A stretch of DNA of 60,000 bases, taken from the NCBI GenBank assembly GCA_965235115.1, contig OZ249436.1, positions 37,388,001-37,448,000 on the forward strand, read 5' to 3'. This document shows, in pieces, positions 50,354 through 60,000 of this stretch. Positions within the stretch are counted from its first letter, which is position 1, and every line of letters starts with the position of its first letter. The notes beneath the pieces are model-generated. The model was not told the DNA's origin, made no database searches, and saw nothing but the letters and a program-made list of their open reading frames with translations. A program made the position numbers and the translations under genes. The DNA is from Laetmonice hystrix (taxonomy: Eukaryota).

Positions 50354-50496
50354 CAGGGGCGGATCTAGGTTTGCGCCAACGGGTGTGTGTGTGTTTTGTG
50401 TGAACCTTTCAAGCAGGAAAAAAAAATACTTCGTAACGGGGGGGGGGGTTGCAACCCCAGTAACCCCCCCCCCCCCCCACCTTAAATCCGCCACTG
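50354..50496. mobile_element. Small hAT-like non-autonomous element
   Basis: Termini CAGGGGCGGATCTAGG...TTAAATCCGCCACTG with an internal GGGGGTTGCAACCCC palindrome. Flanks GACCCG / GACCCC are a possible TSD. Confidence 0.6.
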
Positions 50497-50616
50497 GACC
50501 CCCCCCCCCCCCCCCATTCACTTCTGGGGTCTGTAGGCTACCTTAACATATCTACCGGTATACGCCAGCAGATTGCGTGGGCCCTATACATGCACACATC
50601 ATTTTGTAAGGATAGG

Positions 50617-50976
50617 CATATCTCTACATGCATGGCCTGTATATTGCATACACGAGAAGTTAACAACACAAAATATCTAAACATATCTCTACATGTAGGC
50701 ATGGCCTGTATATGATTACATACACGAGAGGTTAACAACACAAAATCTCGAAACCTCTCTACATGTAGGCATGGCCTGTATATTATTACATACACGAGAG
50801 GTTAACAACACAAAATCTCTAAACATAGGCCTATCTCTACATGTAGGCATGGCCTGTATATTATTACATACACGAGAGGTTAACAACACAAAATCTCTAA
50901 ACATAGGCCTATCTCTACATGTAGGCATGGCCTGTATATTATTACATACACGAGAGGTTAACAACACAAAATCTCA
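50617..50976. repeat. Minisatellite, about 70-78-bp unit, about 5 copies
   Basis: Unit TATCTCTACATGTAGGCATGGCCTGTATATTATTACATACACGAGAGGTTAACAACACAAAATCTCTAAACATAGGCC. Confidence 0.95.
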
Positions 50977-52616
50977 AACAAACATAATATACATAATCCA
51001 GAAGGTTACAAAAACTGACATTTCACCGGACGTGGTCAGATATTACAAACTTTGACGCCTTTGAAAAACTTTTCTCCCCACGGACAGCCAATTATTGTCC
51101 GCCGGTCTTTTCACTGACGGGTTGGCATGTCCCAGAGCCGAGTGGGCCACGCACTACCACAGATGTCTTTGCACTCCGACTGTTTTACCCCCACAGGACT
51201 AATTCTATTTCATTACGGACAAGGGGTGAAGCTCACAAGGGATTTAATCCTGCCCAAATTCCCTTTGAGCAGCGAACGCCGAGGCGAGTTGCACTGAACA
51301 ACGCTGCACGACAATTTCCAGTCGGACGCCCAGCGTCTTGGTCACGTGACGACGATGCGCGTGTGCGGGGGATGTGTGGGAGTGGGAGTTGGGAGGGGTT
51401 ACGTGTGGTCGGGGGTGGGGGGGGGGGGTCGGGGGTGGGGGTCCTTGCTGCCTGTGTCAGTGCATGATGTGCTTTTCCAAGAGAAATCCTCACAATTAGC
51501 ACCGACAGGCCCAATTCAAAAGAGGATAAAACTTTTTGAGTCAATGGACCAGGCCCATATTGCATTGTTGCTATATATTACAGATGTAGGCCTACCTCCT
51601 TACTTACACACACTCCTTCACAGGAGCCCTTTGTATTCTCTACCGTTTCTACCAATTGATTTGTATATCTGTGTTTATTGTTATCAATTATCATTTGCTT
51701 CCTTTGTCGTTGTCTGATCGACTTCCGGTTGGCTTTCCTTCTTCTGGACAGGAGGAAAAAAAGACAGAAATTAAGAAAAATGAAACTCATTATGCATTAA
51801 TACTCAATTCAGAAAGTAAAGCTATTGTTATATTACACGTAAATTCAAGTTGCGGAATTATATTTATACTTTAATGATGATAATTGTGGGAGAAAGCAAC
51901 CTCGCTCGTAGAACCTGGTGTACGTGCCTATTAAACTTACAGCGGGACATGCCAGAAGAAATGTCGATTTTACCATGCATGAGCCTTGAATATTTCACCA
52001 AATCACTGCCATCATGAGGCACTTTAAGTTCTTTCCGCTGGGAGATGAGTCGACAACTGCTGTCGAATAATGCCGATTGATTTCTCAGTTGACGCGATCC
52101 ATTGCATCAAACACAGAAAGTACAAACGCGCTAGTCTGATGTAACTGGCGATATAATGTGAGGTGGGAGGGCGGATAGTTTGTTGAATACTGGGATGGTT
52201 TCAGAAAGATACGCGACACGCATGTCGTTTAGGCGGTAATCACAGTGGAGGGTTGAATGGAATACGCTCGTGTCACGTAGATTGAGAATATCGGTTTGGT
52301 ACTAGGCACTTACGACTACAACCTGGTGAAGCGATAATGACATCATTAGAATAGTACGTGACTACGGAATTACACAGTGTGCACATGATCGACACTGATA
52401 TGGACAATGGCTTGCTGGAGCCTATCGCTTTCCTTGGACGTGATTGTATATGGCGCGGAGGTGTACAAGTTGTGCGCGAGTTGTTTTTAAACATTTTTTT
52501 TTTAATTTTATCAATACGCAGAAAGACGTTTTCGACTTACTTAAAAATGTTGCCAGTCATGTATGCATGCGTCTGATATAGCGCAACTAGCTGATCTAGA
52601 CGCTTTCATTGATTAG

Positions 52617-52870
52617 TTCTTCTTCTGCTTTTTCTTCTGCTTTTTCTTCTTCTTCTTCTTCTTCTTCTTCTTCTTCTTCTTCTTCTTCTTCTTCTTCTTC
52701 TTCTTCTTCTTCTTCTGCTTCTCCTTCTTCTTCTTCTTCTTCTTCTTCTTCTTCTTCTTCTTCTTCTGCTGATTCTTTTTCTTTTTCTTCTTCTTCTTCT
52801 TCTTCTTCTTCTTCTTCTTCTTCTTCTTCTTCTGCTTCTTCTTCTGCTTCTTCTTCTGCTTCTTCTTCTC
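52617..52870. repeat. (TTC)n microsatellite with TGC interruptions
   Basis: Direct inspection. It produces the spurious poly-E and poly-S ORFs. Confidence 0.97.
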
Positions 52871-53504
52871 CGTCCTCTTCTTTCTTTCTTTTTCTTATTT
52901 TTTTTCTCTTTCTCCTCCTACTCATTGTTCTCTGTCACCTTGGCACTGTAATATGGGGCCCTGCCACCTTATCTATACGTTGACTCCATAACTTTGCTAT
53001 GATCAAAACGTCCAGTAAAAGGAAGAACTGTTTTCTCAACACAAACATGATCATGACATTGTACACCTGTTGGTAATATCGCCTTTGTTCATCTCATGGG
53101 AATCCTCTACAGGGTTATTGGTAGGATACCTGGCCGACAGCGGTATGTAAGTAGTATGTTAAAATGGGGGAATTCCGACCAGGCCATATATGGACAGAAG
53201 CCATATACGAAGTTTGTCCCTACATTTGGGACCTGAATAAACAATAAAAAAGAGAGACACGGACATCTAAAACGTATCTTTTTCCAGAGTTTATTATCTA
53301 CCATGGCATTTACAGTGTCGGGCAAGACAATTGCGCTGTATTCAAGACAGGTTTTCGATCGTCAGCCTCCAGCCGATCGACGGTATACCCCAAGAGTCCT
53401 ACACAACAGTACGCAAGGCATTGGTGGGGGCGGGTCGCCAGTACGTAAACACATGTTCAAACTGATGCTCAAATAGGAAACAATTCATCGCGGGACTGAG
53501 AAGT

Positions 53505-55528
53505 CTGCGTTATGTGGTGTGAATGGCTCTCTCAGACTGTATCAGCGACCCACGCGTGGTGTCAAGGAGTCACGTGTTGGGGGTGCGTTATGTGGTGTGA
53601 ATGGCTCTCTCTCAGACTGTATCAGCGACCCACGCGTGGTGTCAAGGAGTCACGTGTTGGGGGGTGCGTTATGTGGTGTGAATGGACTCTCAGACTGTAT
53701 CAGCGACCCACGCGTGGTGTCAAGGAGTCACGTGTTGTATCAGCGACCCACGCGTGGTGTCAAGGAGTCACTTGTTGTATCAGCGACCCACGCGTGGTGT
53801 CAAGGAGTCACGTGTTGTATCAGCGACCCACGCGTGGTGTCAAGGAGTCACGTGTTGGGGGTGCGTTATGTGGTGGGAATGGACTCTCTCAGACTGTATC
53901 AGCGACCCACGCGTGGTGTCAAGGAGTCACGTGTTGTATCAGCGACCCACGCGTGGTGTCAAGGAGTCACGTGTTGTATCAGCGACCCACGCGTGGTGTC
54001 AAGGAGTCACGTGTTGGGGGTGCGTTATGTGCTGTGAATGGCTCTCTCTCAGACTGTATCAGCGACCCACGCGTGGTGTCAAGGAGTCACGTGTTGGGGG
54101 TGCGTTATGTGGTGTGAATGGCTCTCTCTCAGACTGTATCAGCGACCCACGCGTGGTGTCAAGGAGTCACGTGTTGTATCAGCGACCCACGCGTGGTGCA
54201 AAGGAGTCACGTGTTGTATCAGCGACCCACGCGTGGTGTCAAGGAGTCACGTGTTGTATCAGCGACCCACGCGTGGTGTCAAGGAGTCACGTGTTGTATC
54301 AGCGACCCACGCGTGGTGTCAAGGAGTCACGTGTTGTATCAGCGACCCACGCGTGGTGTCAAGGAGTCACGTGTTGTATCAGCGACCCACGCGTGGTGTC
54401 AAGGAGTCACGTGTTGTATCAGCGACCCACGCGTGGTGTCAAGGAGTCACGTGTTGGGGTGTGTTATCTGGTGTGAATGGACTCTCTCAGATTGTATCAG
54501 CGACCCACGCGTGGTGTCAAGGAGTCACGTGTTGTATCAGCGACCCACGCGTGGTGTCAAGGAGTCACGTGTTGGGGGTGCGTTATGTTGTGTGAATGGA
54601 TTCTCTGACTGTATCAGCGACCCACGCGTGGTGTCAAGGAGTCACGTGTTGGGGGGTGCGTTATGTGGTGTGAATGGACTCTCAGACTGTATCAGCGACC
54701 CACGCGTGGTGTCAAGGAGTCACGTGTTGTATCAGCGACCCACGCGTGGTGTCAAGGAGTCACGTGTTGTATCAGCGACCCACGCGTGGTGTCAAGGAGT
54801 CACGTGTTGGGGGTGCGTTATGTTGTGTGAATGGACTCTCTCAGACTGTATCAGCGACCCACGCGTGGTGTCAAGGAGTCACGTGTTGTATCAGCGACCC
54901 ACGCGTGGTGTCAAGGAGTCACGTGTTGTATCAGCGACCCACGCGTGGTGTCAAGGAGTCACGTGTTGGGGGGTGCGTTATGTTGTGTGAATGGATTCTC
55001 TGACTGTATCAGCGACCCACGCGTGGTGTCAAGGAGTCACGTGTTGGGGGGTGCGTTATGTGGTGTGAATGGACTCTCAGACTGTATCAGCGACCCACGC
55101 GTGGTGTCAAGGAGTCACGTGTTGTATCAGCGACCCACGCGTGGTGTCAAGGAGTCACGTGTTGTATCAGCGACCCACGCGTGGTGTCAAGGAGTCACGT
55201 GTTGGGCGTGCGTTATGTGGTGGGAATGGACTCTCTCAGACTGTATCAGCGACCCACGCGTGGTGTCAAGGAGTCACGTGTTGGGGGTGCGTTATGTTGT
55301 GTGAATGGACTCTCTCAGACTGTATCAGCGACCCACGCGTGGTGTCAAGGAGTCACGTGTTGTATCAGCGACCCACGCGTGGTGTCAAGGAGTCACGTGT
55401 TGGGGGGTGCGTTATGTTGTGTGAATGGATTCTCTGACTGCATCAGCGACCCACGCGTGGTGTCAAGGAGTCACGTGTTGGGGATGCGTTTTGTGGTGTG
55501 AAAGGACTCTCTCAGACTGTATCAGCGA
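53505..55528. repeat. Bipartite minisatellite: about 35 copies of 40-bp unit A and about 16 copies of ~40-bp unit B
   Basis: A = GTATCAGCGACCCACGCGTGGTGTCAAGGAGTCACGTGTT (almost invariant). B = GGGGGTGCGTTATGT(G/T)GTGTGAATGG(A)CTCTC(TC)AGACT (variable). Confidence 0.97.
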
Positions 55529-58500
55529 GTAGACAGCGAGTAGAATTTGTATCAACGTTGTGTTGCTGATACAAATCACACTACACCTGACCCAAGTGAA
55601 GGAACACCATGTATGCCATCTGGTATACTACATGCCTTGTCTATTCTCATAGAATTGTACGTACTTTTAGAAACCAGAACCAGCATGTCTTTTTAAGTAG
55701 TTCTTAAGAATCTGAAGACAGGGGAAGAATCAGTCATTCTGTCATGGTGCCAGGAGACAGGTTGGATCCCTCGTTACCCAACTTCATCCGTTGACCTCGG
55801 TGTTTAGAGTTCACAAGGATCTAATGTTGGAAACCTGACGCTGGGGTCTGACAAATACAGCAACTGTTGCGGCCATCTCCACTGTCTGGCTCCGGTCGGG
55901 GTGCTCGCCGTGTCATGCAGGGGTGAAAGTTGGGACTGCTGATCTGACCCGGCTGGGGTTGGCGTGCCAATCACCCTACCCATCTGCCACCCCCTTCCCT
56001 GCTTCTCAGTCGTCCTCTAGACCCCCCCCCCCCCTCCACCCACCCTCCACGTTGCCTTAATAACCAGCCACCCCAGTCCACCTAATCTGCGCCCATTCCC
56101 AGCCACCCGACGTTGTATATCGGGCTCGCTGGGTGATTTGCTCAAGCCGACCAAGGGGCCACGCCGGTGATTTGGCCAAATGAAACCGGGCTGACGCCGG
56201 TCCTCCGTGAACAATTACCGGCCACACATCATATTGGGGCGGGCAGGGCCCCCGACACACCCAGACGGGGCGATGTGTTGGTGTCAGGGGCGGGCAAGGC
56301 GGCCCGATCACTGACTACGACGGTCACCTCCTCAAGGTCACGGTGATCCTTGCCAACAGATCACATCGCTGTCATCCTACAATTGTTTCTGTTTGTTGCA
56401 ACTTTAGCCGTTGATCAGTCGGACCCTCTTTCATCCAGCCTCAACAGACCAGAAGCTGTGAAGCGTTGGAAGGGTCACTTCCCAGGCAGAGACTTTTATA
56501 TGTAAGGGTTCACAATGAAACGTCAATAATATAGTTTTTGAGAGGTATATATTTTATTACTGATCAATCGAGATGTCATTCCCTTCGGGTTTCCTCTTGT
56601 CATACAAGAGCGGGGGGGGGGCATTACCCTCGCTAACATAGGTACATCCTTCGAACCCATCTTCCTTCGCTCATGGAATCACAGTAATATTATCAAAGTC
56701 CTTACAAAAAGAAAGCAAAACCTGATTATGTTCAAAGTAGGAAAAGTAGAATCCCATTTGATGAAATAAGTGGGTTAAGCTTAAAATTGGCAATTTTTAT
56801 CTCAAAAAGCGATCTCCTGAAAAGAGCATGTCTATAAAGTACTATTATGTATAAATGTAATATTTTTTCCTTCTTTTTCTGTTTTGTGCGCGGAGCCTTC
56901 CGCTTTGAAGCCATCCGCCAGGGGGAGCCAACGTGCGTCTGATCATGACGTCATTGGCAGCACTGGTCGGTCGTGCTATTATAGGGTATAAATGAATTTG
57001 TATCTAAGGTGGGATCCCTGCATCGTTCATGAAAGCTCGCCCGATACATTACTTTCGAAAAAGGTGAGGTATTTAGGAGAGTATCGATTTAAAAAAGTAC
57101 ATTATCATGTACGCAAAGCTACCACAAATTAGCAAGAAAGGTTTCAGTAAACACGCTATGCTTTAGTGCAACAACTCTGAGGTGTTGGTTCCCACCAATG
57201 GTATAATAAACGGGTCAATCGAGTATCGTATGAGGTGTACGAAAGTCAAGTTGAAGTTGCGTATGTTATAGGAAATAAGCCGACGATTGGGACACAGCGT
57301 TAGACCTATACATTGTATTACTGCACTAATCCTTCACTGTCATGAATATCAAACATTCCACATAACAATGATCTGAGGCATAGCAAAACTCATGTGGTGC
57401 AGCCATGAACGAAGTCAGCGAGTCGCGGTGTTTGACTGGTTGGAAACCAAATAATAGACAGGGGTGAGGCGGGCTATAGACGGGCAGGTACCGACAGTCT
57501 GAGACAACACCAAATGTCAGGAGTCACACTAAGAGTAGGAGGCAACATTGGGAGCAGGAGGCAACATTTGGAGCAGGAGGTAACCGGCTGGGGCCCACTG
57601 CATGCTTGCAATACGACTCAATCTGTTTGAGATCACAACGCACAACTACTCCTACCGGATCTGACAATGCAGGTAAAAAAAAACACCGTGCATAATGTGA
57701 CATGATCTTTTGGAGAAAGGCAGCGGAAACGTTAGTAATCTTCAGCACTATGTAGAGATCGTTTTTCTTTCTCCGGGTATACTTTTCATTTTCTCTCCAT
57801 GGGTGGGGCTAAGGGTCAGTAAATTAAGTCCAAATTGATGGGTCATAGTATGCCCTTGAAGAAAGTAGGTGACATTTTTTTTGACATTAGGTCTATTCGC
57901 TGAGTTGGCTTAAAAACGAGCAACAACGTTTCAAAAAAGGGATACCGTGTTATTCGGGGACAGTTTACTGCGCCACTGTCTGGTTGGCAAAGGTACAAGA
58001 GTGAACGAATTGCGGAGGCTCACTTCAGTAATTGACTATCGGTAGATATTTCTCCTCAGGTTATGAGACACTTTTTTAAACACGTGGGCCCCATACGCCT
58101 ATATCTAAAAGATTGACACAAGAACCATCTAAACTAAATCGACTTTTTGTTGCTTATAATATCCCGTCTTGTTGTGGTTTCAATTTTGTATTACGGGCTG
58201 ACTCTTTGCTCCCCGGTTCTGATATAAAAACCAAGTTTTGGGCAGCCGAACCTTTGGGTCACCTATCAATGTATCCTTTCTTACTCGTATGTTAGTTAGG
58301 GAGTGATTCAACTATTTAAAAGGGAAACGTATTCTTTTAGTTATCTCCATAGCAAACCGTGGAAAAAGACTCGAGCCTTTGACATTTTTGCTTGACGCCG
58401 AAACGATTGTCACTATGACGTAAATAGTACGTCTGTAAGAGACATGGTGCGGGCCAGAGGTTGGGGGGGGGGGGGCGGGGGGGGGGGGGTAAGGGGGCCG

Positions 58501-60000
58501 CACGCAGCTGAAATATCGGCCTTGGAGAATGTGTTTTGGCTGACACGAGTCCGATGTATTAGACCTAAATGTTATGGCGGGTGTGTGAGTTGGCTCGGAG
58601 GTACTACCAGGACCCCCTCCCTGAGGTCGTGTCAAACTGAATTCAGACACTCGTCCCGAACATGGCGCTCCAAGAGGCCAACGTCTGCCACACAGCCGCT
58701 CCAACGGCTTCATCTAAAGGGTCCCAGCCAGAACTTTCTAAGTGATAGACATACACCAAACTGAAGTACGGATAAACAAAAGAACTCACTTCTCGAAACT
58801 ACTGCTCTATGTCCACGACTAAAGCAGAAAATAAACTAAATAAAAATTTATTAAATTTCTATGTCATTTTGACGCCGATCATGAACGTGTATCTATAGCC
58901 GCCTTATGGAAACAAGAATTTCCACTTAGAACTTCTTAAAACTATAATGAAATACGTGCGATATATGTACAATAAACACTTTATTGTTTTTGTTTTTATA
59001 TATTTAAAAAAAAGTGCAAATACACCTTGTAATGACGTGACTGGGTTTATCAAGATCCTATCTGTGTGATAACACACAAACATTATACAGTACAGATGCA
59101 CACAGTATTTGAGTAACCCGCTTCTGCCGGAAGAATTAGCTTCAGGGGGTTGCAGCTTTTGCTCAAACAAATCAAGACAGTATTGCCATAACTCTTATTT
59201 ATATTTCAAATATTCATTTACAAACATGTTTTTATATGACGAATGAAATGGGCCTTATGCCCCCCTCCCCTCCAATTATTTCCGTCGTGTTTAAAGTAAT
59301 AACTGTGTAAACAGATTTTACAAATATTCTTCCACGGAAAAACTTTACAAGTTGGCGCTTATGTACCTGGTAAACCAACATTCCATAGCAGCCACTATAG
59401 TCATGGTAAATATTGCTTCTCCTTTATAGTATCCTTTGGTAGATATGTATAATATGCTACAGGCTATGGGCACTGTGACGAATAATTGCTCTCAAGCAAG
59501 GAAAAAGAGAAACGGGCCTCGTGGCACATCAGACAGATCTCGAGGTAATAAACTTTTAACGTTTTCAGACTCAAATTGTTACAAATTGTTTAAATCAAAG
59601 AGTATTCACAATACAAATCAAAGAGTAATAGTATCTAATTTTTTTCTTAACACCATTCTTCATCAGTACTCTGGTCTAATCGGCAACTTTACATAAGTTT
59701 TTAAAGAAAATACTTTCAGATACACTTCAGTGGCAAATGTTCAGACCATCAGTCTATGTTGTAGTAGAATCAAATAACCAGACCTAGGCTAGAAACCGCA
59801 TTGGTATAGGGCCTGCGCCGCAACTTGACAACCACTTCAAACTTGCTCCTAATACAGAGCAGCTCAGAAGCCCCTGTACATAAGCCAAGTACACACGATC
59901 AAACGTTATCAATTCCTATAACATGAGATAAGAAGAAAAAGTTCAAATTGAAAGGACAATATTCAGAGCGTGATATTTGCTGCCAGGGCTTAAGACAGCG

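Noticed and set aside
52596..52983. Poly-Glu and poly-Ser ORFs
   Set aside because: These come from a (TTC)n microsatellite with no flanking coding signal.
53512..55501. Overlapping 109-290-aa ORFs
   Set aside because: They are translations of the 40-bp repeat, with the same peptides in every frame.
53505..55528. CRISPR array
   Set aside because: The spacers are copies of one sequence or absent, no cas genes are present, and the context is eukaryotic.
55750..59850. Further LINE 3'-region remnants (RQWRWP near 55870 minus, IRPKCYG near 58560, GNKLLTF near 59545)
   Set aside because: Each rests on one or two short motifs and could be chance. They need a profile search.

Overview
This is metazoan, probably bilaterian invertebrate, non-coding DNA (intergenic or a very large intron), not prokaryotic sequence. 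I found no intact protein-coding gene, rRNA, tRNA or CRISPR array. All ORFs over 200 aa are translations of tandem repeats or low-complexity sequence. The window has four layers. (1) Young non-autonomous DNA transposons (MITEs) with readable TIRs and TSDs: a Merlin-like family carrying telomere-like CCCTAA/CCCTAT repeats (2 copies, 8-bp TSDs), an IS3EU-like element (6-bp TSD), a Tc1/mariner family (2 copies), a Harbinger-like near-perfect hairpin and a nested foldback. (2) Four minisatellites, two of them 1.7-2 kb arrays with a binary long/short unit code. (3) Microsatellites and many poly-G/C tracts. (4) Many very old, frameshifted TE fossils recognised by eye from residual motifs (LINE RT and endonuclease, Gypsy pol, hAT, Ginger/KRBA2-like integrase, Penelope). 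About eight CTCF-like motifs lie between 23.5 and 57 kb. I see no convincing new multi-gene system. The best leads are the telomere-repeat Merlin MITE and the bipartite 40-bp array. Fossil calls need HMM or tBLASTn confirmation.
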